From positions 24,430,001 through 24,494,000 of the forward strand of contig CM052818.1 of NCBI GenBank assembly GCA_028534125.1: a stretch of 64,000 nt of DNA, given 5' to 3'. The notes beneath the pieces are model-generated. The model was not told where the DNA came from. It searched no databases and worked only from the letters and a program-made list of their open reading frames with translations. Positions 12,174 to 26,135 of this stretch are shown piece by piece. The DNA comes from Lama glama (taxonomy: Eukaryota). Within the stretch, counting starts at the first letter, position 1. Every line of letters starts with the position of its first letter. Both the position numbers and the translations under genes were made by a program.

Positions 12174-14689
12174 TGCTCACTTTGAAGTTATCCTCAGCTT
12201 GAGTGCTGAGGTACAGGTGGGGAAGTCAGAGGGCAGGACGTGAGGGAGAATTTTGGCGAAGTCAAAGCCAGCAAGGCTGACAAGACCACCTCATCTCATA
12301 CCACTGAGCCAGAACCCCCCTCGTGGAGCTTCTACAGTTTCTCTTTTTCTTCAGCAAAACGTGCATTCCCCTTGCAACCTATTTTGTAGAAATCCTTATC
12401 TTCATGTCAAATGATTCGCTTTCCTAAAATGTGATTCTGTTAAATAAAAACAGAGCAGATGAGAACTTTATTTCACGTGTGAAGCCCTAGGAACAATTCT
12501 CCATGGGTGTATGTATTTATTTTTCCGATGAAAATTCATGAAAACACTGTCATGAATCCAGGCCCCATGATGGGTTTATTTTCAGAACAGACCACCTTGC
12601 CTTAAGCACCGCATATGGTTCACAGAGAGTCTGCAGAGAACAGTGCGGATGAGGACAGCGGAAGGGGAAAGCAGAAGTGGTTTCTGAGCCAAAGGAACAG
12701 GAGCTGCTTTCACACTAAAATCCACCTCTTTTTCTTTTCCTTGTTGCTTCGGGCCACTGCCCCATTAAAGTTTCATAATATCGTGCGTGCTCCTCCCCTT
12801 TCCAGAATCCCTGCAGAAACCATGATCTGGGGCTTGGCAAGCAGAGTGGTGTCCATGATGAGCAATGCCTTCTGTTCCCATCCCTTCTCTCTGCCCTCTG
12901 GAGCTAGCCAGGAGCAAAAGAAGGAAATCGCAGTTTACTCTTTACCGCTGCACCATTCTTTCTTGATATAGAGGAAGAAGGTGCCTGGCTTAGCATCCCA
13001 CGGTGAGTTAATGTAGTGGGAAGACAGGAGACCAGCTCTCACCCTCCTACTTGCCAGGATGGCGCTTCAGTATCAGCCCATGCAGAGCCCCCATTTCAGT
13101 TTCCTATCCTTCCAGTCCCCACCCCTCATCCTCCCCTGTCCCTCCCTCCAGCCTTCATGGCCCTGTCATCTTGATAGAGTGAGTTGGAGCTAAGAACCCC
13201 CTTTCCCTTGCCCATATGCACACACACAGACATACACAAACCTTCCCTACCTGGTTGCCTGAGAGATTCAGGAGTAGGATTACCCTTTGCTGGGAGCTTC
13301 TGGGCAGTTTCCCAAGCATCCCAGATACTGACTTTCTTGGAACAATAGAGTATCCTGAGTTCATAAGTCTCTGATCCAGGGCCACTATGGATAATATAAG
13401 CTTTTGTGAGTGCCTCACTCCCACGATTTTTCTGAGAGCATATATAGACTGCTGACAACTTACAAATGTGTTTTGGAAATAAAGCTATTTTAAATATTCT
13501 TCATTACTGACATCTCAACCAACCACTTAATTCTGCACCTATAGAATTGCATTGCTCTGTAGTCATTGTATTTGTGTTTGTTTTCTCTAGTCAACTAGAC
13601 TAGAATACACAATACTGCAAGTTGCACTTTACTGTGGTCTCAAGGTGGTAATATTTAAGGAATATTTACTGACAGACTGTCTCATATGGAAGCTTAGTAT
13701 AATATCTATTATGCTCCAAATCGTTTAAAATACTTTTTAGGAAGTGTGATGTGTGTACGTGCGTGTTTTGGAGGCGGCGGGGACTTGATGATCTGTTACA
13801 CATCTGGAAGAGGGTAGACATACTTAAGGACCATAGGCGGTCACTTTATTAAAGTCTGACTCCATAATGGCCTGATGATCTGACTCCATCCTGTCCACCA
13901 TCACATCCACTTCCACCTCACTGGGTGCAAGCTGAAAGTGCAGGGGAGAACGCATATACAGAGCTAGTTCAATCACAACTTTGATCAGACCATCAGACCA
14001 ATTAAACACATGTGACTTAGAAGATACCATGATCCACAGGGCATGGAATCATCAGTTGCTCCAAGTTCCACATGGTAGGTCCCTGGTTGTTTGGTTTGGA
14101 AAGCTATTTTAAGAATGGTTCCTAATGGACTGTGAGTGAGCATATTTGTCCATCTTAGCTCAGGGCTATGAAGAAAGTCATCAATGGGACAGAGACACCC
14201 TTTGCCTAGTACAAAGCTCATTAGATTGGTACCTTGGCCCAGCTGCCTTAGAATATAAACCTCTTATTTTATAGACCAGTCATTAAGGGGTAGCCAAGTC
14301 TTTCCCCTTTGGGCCCTCAAAGTGTGATCCTCAAGGAGTTCATCGGCCACAAAATCCTCTCTACAATCAATGATTGCATTTTAAAGAAAGTTCATGGAAT
14401 AGTCTTAACATAAGCCTGTTTCCAGCATTGGTTACCTCTCAAAATAAACGCATATGAAATATTGGCAAGCTACAGGAGGTATCACCTATCGTTTGTGACC
14501 TGCTCTGAGTTTGCTGCTTAGACTACAGTGTGAAAGTTTGGATCAGAAACAAATAAAGAGCAGATGCCTTCCTGTGAACCTGGGATTATCCCTAAAATGA
14601 AGTCTCTTCCCTTTGAAGATAAAATGGAGTTTAAAAATGGAATGAAAGTCTTCCCCTAGAAGCTGCAGAAGGCACCACAGTGGAGGATT

Positions 14690-14790
14690 CCATTCATTCA
14701 TTGAAGAGACATCTATTAGCTACCATGGTCTACGATGTGCCAGACACTATTCTAGGCACTGGGTATTGAGCAGTGAACAGCAAAAACAGA
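14690..14790 (-). mobile_element. L2 3' end remnant
   Basis: ATTCATTCATT ... ATGTGCCAGACACTATTCTAGGCACTGGG .. AGCAGTGAACA. Confidence 0.7.
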
Positions 14791-17639
14791 TAACCAGCCC
14801 AGAGTTCCAAACTCTGGCTCTTAGAGAGCCCTTCTGGTTCTCACATTTTCTCTTAGGGGTTTTCTGCAATATTACTAGTGTTTCAAACATGATTTTGGCA
14901 GTTAATCTTCAATCAGAAGATCATGTAAAAGACTTCAGGCAATAATAGTCCATTAGTAAAAGCCATGAAGAAGTGCCAAATGAAAAGTACAAAAAAAAAA
15001 AAAAGTTCATCCTTTTTTTGATGCCCGGGGATTATTTCTATGATTCAGTTGATTGGATTAACAAGTTATTTTGTTGTAAAAGTAACATTGTGATTATCTA
15101 GTGAAGAGAAATGAACAGAATCAGTGCCCTTACCCTGTATGAGCAAAATACTGATATTTTGTTTAACTGAGAGTGATTATTTTAAGTTGGCACACAAAGC
15201 TCAGAAGAAAACCCAGAGTATCTCATATGCAAACACTATGATCTCCCTCTTTCTGTCGGTGACACTGTTGTCATTCCCTAGGTTTAGACAAATCATACTC
15301 AGCATTGGGCTGAAAACTCAGACCTGGGTTGAAGATCCCATTTCATCTCTTACTAGTTGTGAACATCATGTTTCTCTTTCCTCAAAATCAAGATAATAAT
15401 ACCCAATTCAGAGCAGTTGATAAGGTCTTAATAAATGTGTCTTGGAAAAAAAAAATCCTGCTGTCTCTCTGTTCCTGGGATCTGGTTGACCATTTTGCAA
15501 AGATGATTTTGTGTGAGGTTGTACTCTGTGGCTTAGAGGGCTCATTTATAATCATGTTTCCATCTCTGACGTTCACTGCGTATAAAACTAAACTATCAAA
15601 ATGTGTGAAGGTGAGAATGGAGGAAGGTCAGAGCCTGCTCCTATCCATGTAGGCATGAAGCTTGCTCCTTCTCAGGGGTACAGGGCTCTGCCCCTTTTAG
15701 CTCCTGAAGAAGTGTAGGGAGCATCCTCTACTGCTCAGCTGCACAGAGCAACAGGGACCACTGGTGAGCGGCTGTTTGCAGGGCCGACATGCACTGGCCA
15801 GACTTCATGGGAAAGGAGACTGAGGGAGCATTAACCATTCAGGACTAAGCAACAACAAAAATAAGAAAGTTAGAAAAATGTATTTTTAACAAAAAAATAC
15901 ATATATATTTTTCAATGAAATCTTTTGGGAAAAGATGGAAATGAGATTCATGTGCAGGACTTTCTACTGATAAGAAATTTGTTTTCCAACCTAACTTCCC
16001 AAGGGTCTGGGCTACATATTTGTAGGTATTCCATATTATGAGCCAAGATCACCACTTCTCTTAAATCACTAAAATTACACAATTACACAATTACAAGCTT
16101 GATTTTCCTCAGCTCTGTCAAAATCCCTGGGTGAACAACCACACAGTTTTGTTTTTCAGAATGAAAAAAAAGTGGGGGAGGGGTGGATAAATATGCTAGA
16201 CCACTGCTTTTTCTGGTTATCTTCATTCTGTCTGAGCACAGATCTCTGTTTTCAAAGCCTTCCTGGTCAATGACAGTCTAGCTCGATCCCATTGTCAGTA
16301 TTGGGAAGGCTATGAAGGATATATTAGCATCCAGATTCTTCTGGAGGTGGGGTTGTTGTGCACGTGGCACAAAGAACAGCTGAGCCGAAGCCCAGATGCA
16401 GAGCTGTGCTTCGATGTTTTCAAGGGCCGGGGGCCAGAGAAAACGGAGCAACCTCCATTTTCATTCTTTGCGCTTTGCCTTTGCTTTCTTTTGTAATTTT
16501 GGAAAGGGCTGTCACAGAGGCGTGTGTCGGGAAGATGGAAATCTTCCTCCAGTTCATTGGCAGCTGATGGCTCTTGCGTAGGTGTCTCTGAGAGGGAGGC
16601 TTTGAACAAACACCTTTAAAGTGGTCCCTGATGAACCACATAACACTCTCCAGATGACTTGTTCTCTGAATAACGGTTTGTTATTTTCTTTTATGGGTCA
16701 TTGCCTGTCAGAGAGCCACATGTTTTACCATTTGTTTAACTTGTGTTTTAGGCTTATCAAAAAGTCAAAGATAATAATGACGTCCCACTCTTAGTATAAC
16801 GCCAGGACAATTGGACGAGAAGCCATGAAATTAGTGGAGACACTAACTTCATTACATATTCACTTTCATATCCTGCTCCTCCCACTGAGGGGAAAAGGGA
16901 AACAGAGTTTACAGTGTTTGGATTTTATTTTGTTTTGTTTCTGCTGATGGGGCCAGTTGTTCTGACATCATGTTTCACCCCCACTAGCTCCTTGATTGTC
17001 TCGAGATCTAGTAGAATTGTCATCTTGATAAAATGAAACTAATGGCTTGATAAAGAATCAAGACTTTTTTGACAATAAGTGAATGAGAGAGAAAACAAAT
17101 GAAAATTGGATCCTTCCAGAAAGAACCTTTAATGAGGCAGGACCGATTGGGTATAAGCGTAGGTTATCACTGCACTGACAAAGGAATAAGGCTATCTCGA
17201 GGATTTTCAAGACTGATGGTGTTGTTTGGGGGTGGTGGGCTTAGGGATATGGGAGGGCTGATGGGAACTGTGTCTGCATTTGTTCAGAGGTCAAGTTCCC
17301 CTTGCAGGCAGCGTTTGGATACTTACAGTAACTGTTCTCTTTTAATGGGCAGGACTTGTCACAGGGATGATGATGATCCTTTTAAAAATTGCTGGCAACT
17401 AATGCCAGCAGGAACAGGGCTTCACCCTTCCCCTAAACGCCTTGGCATGTTTTCCTTTCGGTGCTAGACTGAACCAAGCAAAGTGTGTGAGAATGAAACA
17501 GACACATCTCACCTAGCATTCCAGCTGGGGGAAGGAAAGGCTCTTGGGAGCCAAGTCTTTTAGCTTCCATTTATATTTTAAATCTTGGATAATAATAATA
17601 AGCCAATAGTCTGTCTGTGCCTGAGTGCAGTAAGGAATG

Positions 17640-17980
17640 TCCGTATGCAAACTTTGAAACGAGACAGTCTTTGCATTTCAGTGCGCGGTATGCATGCTCT
17701 CAGTAGGATACTCAGTGTTGGTTACTGTACAGTTGCACAAGTCTTTACCCTCTGCTGGATGTGAAAAGAGACTTTATTGGGTAACTGTAACACCCAGGCT
17801 CTTTTCTCCCACATGTTGCTTAGTCATATTGTGTTTTGTACCTGGCGTGAGGAAGCTGACAGGGGAGGTTCTCCCGGATCGGAAGTTACTCCCTACCACA
17901 ACTCCAACCTTAAGGATTTCCAGAACATTTTCCTTTCAGATTTAGTTAAGTTTCCCAGCACACCTTTGAATTAGGTAAGG
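17640..17980 (+). promoter_or_regulatory. Candidate enhancer/promoter with possible non-coding exon ending at a splice donor
   Basis: Clustered AP-1-like TTAGTCA (17820), ETS GAGGAAG (17849) and CGGAAGT (17880), RUNX ACCACA (17895) and GGATTTCC (17914). Donor AG|GTAAGG at 17974/17975. Confidence 0.35.
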
Positions 17981-19319
17981 AAAATAAATGCCGCGGGGGG
18001 GGGGGGAGGAGGAAAAAAAAAACAGGAAAAGTGGCATTTTCCCGCATTTTGTTGTTCTGCTGTTACAAGGAGGAGAAAAGGCTGCAGCTGATGCAGCAGC
18101 TCTGGCCATAAAGCTGTGCTCTTTGGCTGGTGGAGCTGGTTGGAGAAATTAGAAGCCAGGAGCTAATCCACTGTTACCACACTTCTTTAGAAGAATAAAC
18201 AGACTCCTGTGACTGACCGATTTTGAGTATTAGATCAGAATGAAGTCAGGACAGCTTTATTCCACTCAAGATTTGAGTAAAGACAAAGCCTCAAGAGCAG
18301 CAGGATGAAGAGTCACTTCCTGAGGATCAGGGACCATTTACCTTCTATAACCATCATTAGCGGATTCCAGCTCACAGACACTCCCCTGGGAGCTGGTGTT
18401 GAAGTAATCACCACTCCTGCTCTGCTTCTTGAAAAAAGAAGTCCATTTTCTAAGATGTGGCTTTCCCTTTCCAGAACTTCCCAGCTCCATCTCCTTAAAG
18501 CCTTCCTTTGGAAGTTGCCTAAAGGGAGCAGAGCCCTATTTGGGCTCTGAAATGCACCTCCTTCTCTGTTGGAGCTGGCCAGGGCCTAGGCTGGGCCGGA
18601 GCAGAGGACTCTCTCTTCAGAGAGACTTTCACAAATGCTAGTTGAGACTCCAGAGTCCTGAGCCAGAGCTCATAAGTCCTGCTTGATGTGACTTGCCATT
18701 CATGGCGATTCTTGGCCAGGGCCTAGGTAGAAAGGGCTATGAGACGTTGCTGTCTTGATAGCACCTTTCAGCTCCGGCACTGAGAATGCTGACCCGCACA
18801 AATGCTTTTTTGGTTTTTACTGTGTTTTCCAGAAACTGTGTAAAAGGCAAAACAGCTCCCGTTCCTCATTCCAGCCATGCCATCTGAGAGCATATTTCCC
18901 ATACCCTTTTCCACACGACCACAAAAATGTCTTGGAAATCAGATTCTCTGAAAAGACTAGAAAATTTTCCCCCTGCCCTGTCCCTGGGAATGGGGCCATG
19001 TTAGCAAAAATCAAAGGGCTCCCCTCGTGAGGGGGTGGTTTAGTGAGTGTTTTGGTGAAGATTATATATCACAGGTGACTCTTGTGAAATCTCATTGTAA
19101 TTTATCAATTCATGCCATTAAACCCAGGCGGACAAGTTACAAGTGCAAGACATAACAGGAGGTAGAAAGATGGATCAGGCTGCTTCTAGGTTATTGTCCA
19201 CCAAGAGAGCCATGTAGATTAATTTAAAAATGCGTAGTATTTATGCTAACAGGAATACAGACAACCTGAGAAGGTGCTGTATATGAGATTAATTCTGTCT
19301 GAGAAATTCCAAATGCTTG

Positions 19320-19650
19320 TTTGCCCATGTCTGCTTTTGCACAGATCATTCCTCTTGCCTGAAGAACCTTTTCCTGGCTATCCTCTCAGGGACTCCAAGA
19401 CATCGGTCTGGTGTCCCCTCTTCTTAGGAACCTTCCCTGATCCTGCTGATCTGTTTCATTGTCTCTCCTCAATTTGCTCTTGTATTTATCTCCATCACAG
19501 AGATAATCACTTTACTGTTTGGTGTTTGACTTCCTGGCTGAAATGTGAACTCCTGAAGGCAGGGATAATTTTTTTTTTATTTTTTAATTTCAGTATCCCC
19601 CAGTGTCTGGATGTCACTCTGTTTTCAAAAGGAGAGAGTGAATAGATGAA
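19320..19650 (+). mobile_element. L2 3' remnant
   Basis: AATGTGAACTCCTGAAGGCAGGGA ... TATCCCCCAGTGTCTGG ... GAATAGATGAAT. Confidence 0.65.
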
Positions 19651-22024
19651 TGTCAAGTTCATTAAGCATTGACGGTGTTGCAACTTTGGGGCTTATCAAA
19701 GCTTCGTGATTGAGGGCAAATGTGATATTTGTGGATTTTGACCGCTGGCTTTTTTACAGCAAGAAAGAGTAGTTATCTAAAAATGGAATACATATTTCCA
19801 TCTACTTATGTGAAAAATTCTCTGTGGAGCTTTGCAGAAATGGATTTTTGTTATTTTTCCATTCGAACAGATGTTTGATCCTGTGACTGTGAATGGCAAA
19901 ATTAAATTTCAGGACTTTTAAGGAAGCGAAGATAACCTGCTATTTTCTAATGTTTATGTCCTCAGGTTTTATCATCATTAGATTCTTTTATACCAGCAGA
20001 CGTTCACAGTTTAGAGTCATATTTTAGTCGGGTTTACATTGTCAGTGTTCATGTCTGCTTCTGCAATTTGCATGGGCCAGAGATAATCCTAAAAAGCTGT
20101 AACCAATATCTAAAAGGCTGTGATTTTCAGCTCTTTATTGTCCTTATCTACTTTTCAGTGTGGCATTCAGTGCTTTTCATATCTTGCATTCAGAAATACT
20201 TTATTCTTAAAAAAAAAAAGGTGGATCCCACGATTTTAAATACCATGTGGTCTATCCCATACAGATGTATATTAAGTAGAATTTATTGTCTCAGAATGGA
20301 AGAGGCAGGGAACAATTTTTTTAAATCAAACATTTATATAATGCTTTCTCTTTACCTGCCATAATCCTAACATTTCACAAATATGAAGGAGCTTAACACT
20401 GAAAACAATCCTATGATATTATTATTACCTCTATCTTAACAGATACAGAAACTCAGGAATCAAATGTTAACGTAAGCGGGTTGAAGAATAAGCAATCAAA
20501 GATTGAACAGCAAGTGCAAACAATCAGAGGACCAAGAGCTAGAGATTCTTAGTGATGTCTGCACACTGGAGGGATGTTAGAGCTGAGAAACAGAAGGTAT
20601 CGATTTTCACCCTGGTAATAGATTTTACTTTGTGTGCCAGTGTGCTTTAGGTTTATCCATTTTCTAGGCTACCATTGTGACTTCTTCCTTTGAAAGAAGG
20701 ACTGGAATAGGATTTCCAATGCACACTTGGGAAAAGAGGTGTCAGACCCCATCAAATAGAGACTCAGACACAGCACTTCCCAAATCATGTTCATGTGCAA
20801 TAGAAGTTGGTTAGTTTACCCTAAAGAGCATTGCTTCATTCCTCACATTAGAAATTGTTCCACTGAGTTTCAAATGTCGCAATGCCTGAAACTGAAATGC
20901 TATTAATCTCTTCTTCTTATGCTAAAGAAGTTACCGGTCCCTGATCTTAGTTAAGTAATTTTTTCTCAGCTTCTGCTTTTTTTATTCAAAGTCATTTTCT
21001 GTTTCACCAGCATTTGAAAAAGTCGCTTTTTTAAAAACCTGTGTTATAGATCATTGCTAAGTTGTCCAAGTGCCTCGTGAATGCCTGGATGCTGTGTGGC
21101 TATAGTGTAGTGTAAGGGAGCCAGAAAATTGCTAGTTGAAGGACATGCTGTCTAAAACGGGAGTGAAATTAATAGCAGTCCCTGGAGGCTCAGCTCTTGG
21201 ACTCCTCGTGATTTGGGGCACAAAAAGACAACAGCTGTAAACCGCTCGTAAATAGCTGTGGACCACACATTTCAAAACGTCTGCATCAATGGGAAAAGAG
21301 TTCTGATTCTTAAAATTACAGACTCGATTCAGAGTTTGGGCCTTGTAAAATAATCAAGTTGTCACGTCTTAAAAGTCTGAGATCAAATTTAAAATTCCAT
21401 GGCTCTGGAGTAACCATTAAGGCCCAGAGCAACCAATATTTAAGCATCTGGGCTTTGAAGACAAGTCAAAAATGTAGAGGAAATCATTACAATATAAGAA
21501 TGGAGGGAAAAGCTGTAAAAAAAATGAGTATCGATTAAACCGTACAAGGTTTTTAAGAGCTCAGATGTCAGATGGGGCATTCAATTTTTTTATACAGGCA
21601 TTAGTTACAGAATAAGCTAGATATGCAGAAGGGAAAGAGAGATCAAAGGCCTCCTTGTCGTAAGTCCAGACATCCCATCAGTGTGTGCCCTGGAAGGAAA
21701 AAATGAAAGTGAGGTCAAAATGCCCTTAATCGCCAGAGCTCATTCTCTAGCACTGAGGTATATTGCTTTGCCCACATTTGGCATTAGATGCTTTTTTTTT
21801 TGTATGTATGTATGAATGAATAATATACAAAGTAACACTAATTTCCTCATATCATTATTTTGTGAAGCCTTTATTTCAGAGATCCAAGTGAATGAATTAT
21901 AGCGTTAATGGCTCCTATAAAATAATCATTGCATATTTTAAAAAGACCGAAATCAGAGATGTCATAAACAAGATTATAAAAAGCAAAAGTTAGTTAAATC
22001 ACCTCAGGAAATGCTGAGATACCT

Positions 22025-22161
22025 GCAGATTGCCCGGTAAATCCTAGCTCCATCATGTAGACTGTTAAGTTACTTTGCCTTTCGGCACCTTGGTTTCCCT
22101 GTCTGTACAATGGGGATAATGACATAGCTACCTGATAGCGTTGGTATTAGAATTAAACATG

Positions 22162-22214
<53 letters not shown>

Positions 22215-22260
22215 GATATGTATTTAGGACAGTGCCCAGCACAAGCAAACAACTGTGTAC
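22025..22260 (+). mobile_element. MIR SINE with an internal (TA)n expansion
   Basis: CCTTGGTTTCCCTGTCTGTACAATGGGGATAATGACATAGCTACCT is a MIR core. It resumes with TTAGGACAGTGCCCAGCACA after the TA run. Confidence 0.8.
22168..22211. repeat. (TA)n microsatellite, about 22 units
   Basis: Perfect TA run. Confidence 0.95.
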
Positions 22261-22329
22261 CTATTTCTTGTCATTCTTATTCTTGTTCTTATTTTTTAAA
22301 TTTATCTGCACAATCAAATAATAAGTATT

Positions 22330-22480
22330 GTTGATTTTATTGCATTCTGTTGAGTGTTTACAGTATTTCAGACACTGTGCTAAATACTTTGTGGCGATTA
22401 TTTCATGTAATTTTTATGACAGTCTTAGGAGGTAGCTATTACTATCCCTCTTTTAAAGATGAGAAAACCGAGCACAAACT
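22330..22480 (-). mobile_element. MIR remnant
   Basis: TTGAGTGTTTAC..CAGACACTGTGCTAAATACTTT ... TTTTAAAGATGAGAAAACCGAG. Confidence 0.75.
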
Positions 22481-24707
22481 TGCCAGAGTCCTTCACCACA
22501 CCCCTCCCTGAATATTTTATATCATCCATTTAAAATAAGGGAAAATTGGAACATTGAACCATTCGTCTAATATTTTGCTATTAATTTGACTGATCTTAAA
22601 ATCTTATAGCAAATCCAAATGCTTCAACTTTGGTGCACTTTCTCAGTAGAGAAAGGAGTGAATTCATATATTTATGGTCTACTTACTGCTTGTGGAAAAC
22701 AGGCACGTGGGCCATTATAATTTCCTATCTCTATTTAGCCGCAAGTTAATATAAGGGAAAGAACAAGTGGGTGACGTACAATACAGCTTCAACCCTTGTC
22801 CCTTTACGGGGGGCCTTCTGAGAGCCAGTCTCCATCTGTAACCAGCAGATGCTAGGTAGAATCATCTCTTATTTCTGTTTCATAAGCATTTGTTCTTTTC
22901 TATGGGGATATATAACTTCTAGCCATTTATAATTTTTAGGTGGCCATATAGTGTTGTGATTTACTGTCAGCAATGACACTAGTTTTCCAATGAAAATAGC
23001 AAGAATTTCCTTACCTGGATTTCCTGCAGCACAAATTGAAGCCTGTTGATATGTATGGAATCATTGCCGAATCTCCCATGAAGCTTCTCTTCGGGAGCAT
23101 TTGTCAAATGCTCAAGAGACCTTCACATCTCTTGTTCCCATCCCTCCACATAGAGTTGAACAGTCTCTCTGACAGTCTCATTTTCAGGACCACCTGCCTC
23201 CATGGCTTTGACCTGACTGTAGTTTGGAAAGTCTTGAGGCACAATTTCCATTGCCCTTTGGTTTTGGGCTGGGCAGCCAGGCTTTGCTCTTGCTAGTTTA
23301 TTGTTAATCCTAGAAATGATGTATTTATTTATACAATGAGCAGATGTGAATAAATCGGTACACAGAAGTGGGGCTAACCGCATGGTAAGATGCAGTGCCT
23401 TAAGTTCACTCAGTTGAAGACAACCATGTGAATATCATCGCGGGAGTCAAACAGTGGGGGAAGGGGCAGCGTCCAGTGTATTCCATTCGGAAGGACTGCT
23501 TCACATCTCCCTGTGGTCCTCTGACCCCCGACCAGTCAATGAAGGAAATGAGCCACTGTGACTAAATGATCCAAAAGCAGGGGTGTGGTGCCTTCTTTAT
23601 AAGGGGCTGGAGAGACTGAAGGGCAGGGCTGTCAGGGAGGAGCATAGCCCCTTGCCTGCGTAGGACACCCAGCACCCTGGGACTCAGAGCACTCCCCCCT
23701 CCCACCCAGAGAAGTGAGACCACCTCTCCATGCTCTTGCCAAGACAGGTGACTGACAGCCCAACTGAGCTAAAATGAAGAGAACATGGCGTATGAACCAT
23801 TTCTTCCTCCTCCTCTTTGCTCAGTAAGTGCCCTTTAGTGAGTCACTTATCAGGAGTTTCACCCCATCCTGAGGCACTAAACCAGAGAGATGAAAAGCTC
23901 AGGCTGACCTAGAAATTCTGGGGTGTCATTTAACAACCTTATTTAGTTAATTACTGATAACTGAGCCACACTTTCAGAGTAGAGAGTTATGCCTGCCTCT
24001 TATTGGCCCTTATTAGAGCTAATAAATAACATCTAATTTTGGATCCTTCGGGGCTTTCCATATGGCATATACTTAAAGATTCTGACTTCAAGATATTCCC
24101 CCCACAAATCAGTGAGCAGGACTAGAATTTGTGCACCCTAGGGAGCTTCTTCTTGGCTTATCTGTTCTCAGGAAGTCTCTCCTTATACTTCTTAATTACT
24201 CAGAATATTTGGGGTGTGTGCATCTTCCCACGGAGAGCCCAAAGTAACTCTGCATAACACATCTTGTAGTACATGCAGGGCGTGTGTCAGTGCTCTATCT
24301 GATTTGCCATAGACTGTGGTCACAGAGTGAGCTCAAGGGTGAAATTAGCTCAGGCTAATTTAGAAACATTTATTTAGCATATGTTCTCTAAGTAAAACAT
24401 CGAACAGCAAGCACAATGGTGACGAGAAGTGGGAAATGTTAAGATGGCAATGCCTGGCGCACTGGCACCTAGGCTAGGAATTAGGAGTGCATGCGTATTC
24501 TGACTGGGCCAGTGGTTAAGCTAGTGTGACCTATAGACGCACGTGGCAGGGTGGGCCGAGGCGCGGTGACCTCACCCAGCCAGTCCTTACTGTGCAGTGT
24601 CTCCATTGTCGGTGCTGGGACCGTGGCTCCTCACTCCTGTGTTACCAAAATCCTTTGATTTTCTAGGGAGCTTCTGTTATTATGTTAAGATGCTTTCATC
24701 TGTACCA

Positions 24708-24858
24708 GGGGGAAGGGTGTAGCTCAGCGGTACAGCGTGTGCTTAGCACGCATAAGGTCCTGACTCAGTCCCCAGTACCTCCGTTTAAATAAATAACTAG
24801 ATAAATAAATAAAAAACCTAATCCCCCCCACCAAAATAAATAAATAAATAATGTTTAA
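24708..24858 (+). mobile_element. Camelid tRNA-Ala-derived SINE (vic-1 type) with TSD
   Basis: GGGGGAAGGGTGTAGCTCAGCGGTACAGCGTGTGCTTAGCACGCA...CCCCAGTACCTCC, then AAACCTAATCCCCC and an (AAAT)n tail. Flanked by AAGATGCTTTCATCT / AAGGTGCTTTCATCT. Confidence 0.9.
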
Positions 24859-25264
24859 AAGGTGCTTTCATCTTTGCAAATTAATTCATATGAAAAAAAA
24901 GGGGGGTGTGCAGGATTAGAGGTGGGAATATGGGTAGAACCTTTCTGCCCCTCCTCTGCTTCTCATCATGGCCACCAGCAAAGAAACCTCCCAGAGTGAT
25001 GAAGTTCTCATTTCAGGGACAGATCCCTATTACGATCTAGGATAGGTGCTCACTGTGTATGTGCTGATTAAATGAGAACAGGGCAGAGCCAGGAGAAGGA
25101 AATGGGAATTAAAAGGTAAACTTTGAGCATCAGCAAAAGTTGACTCAGAATCAGAAAACCAATCAATCAGTGGGACCCTCGAGGGGAAAGAGTGGACCAT
25201 GACTGTTTTTTCGCTGCTCTGTCACAGTGTCTTGTAAATACATGATGCTCAGCAAATACATGTT

Positions 25265-26010
25265 GAATTCGTTCTTTCAACAAATGCTTCAGGGCCTCTG
25301 ATGTGTGAGGCCCTGTTCTTGGTCGCTGGGAATCCCCTGCCCTCAGGCATCCTCCCCAGTCTAGTGGCAGAGAAAATAACCAACAAGGAAAAGCAGCAAA
25401 CAAATGCAAGGCTGGGTAGTGAAGTGACTTGACAAATAAATCTGTACGCCAGTTAGGAGGGTACAGAGTGAAGGACGGGGTTGGGTTTTAGTGAAGATGC
25501 TCAGAGAAATTCTCTGAGGAAGTGACATTTCACTGGATCTGGAAAGAGGGGAAGGAAAAACCATGGAAAGAAGTGGAGTCAGCTTTCCAGGCAAAGGGCA
25601 TGCATGACCAAGGCCAAAGAGAGAGCTGGCCTGGGGAGCTTGGGGAACAGCAGAGAGGAGGTGTTGCAGGAGCCCAGTGACCTGGGGAGAGGAGGGGAAG
25701 GAGGTCGGAGAGGAGATGTGGGCCCAGCCAGGTAGGGCTCAGCTGGCCATGGTGAGGGACTTGGGAGGCTGGCTCTAAGTGTAAGAGAAGGGCATTACGG
25801 GGTTTGGAACATGAGAATGACGTAATATGACTGTGTTCTGTGCTTTTAAAAATTACTCTGCCTTCCATGTGGAGAATTAGCCCGGGGCTGGGCAGATTTG
25901 GATATAGGGCCCTAGGGGACCAGTGAGGAAGGATGAGTGGATAATCTCGGTGAGAGGGGATAGGCCAAAATGATGGTGGTAGCAGTGAAGGTGATAAACA
26001 AAGGGATCTG
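25265..26010 (-). mobile_element. L2 LINE fragment
   Basis: TTCAACAAATGC..ATGTGTGAGGCCCTGTTCT ... TTCCAGGCAAAGGGCATGCATGACCAAGGC ... TTTTAAAAATTACTCTG ... GGGACCAGTGAGGAAGG. Confidence 0.8.
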
Positions 26011-26135
26011 CAGAAAACCAGCCTGAACTACTTAAAGTTTCCTGGAAGGATAGCCCACAAAGATAGCCTCCTCCTAGCTTCTTACCTAGTCTCCTCTGAA
26101 CCTCTGGGGACCTCCGTCCTCCCCACCTCTTACCC

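Noticed and set aside
13800..14260. Complex stretch with overlapping minus-strand ORFs and short direct repeats (TCTGACTCCAT x2)
   Set aside because: Could not be matched to any protein or repeat family; no poly(A) or TSD to support a retrocopy.
16073..16095. (AATTACAC) x ~3 tandem repeat
   Set aside because: Ordinary slippage repeat.
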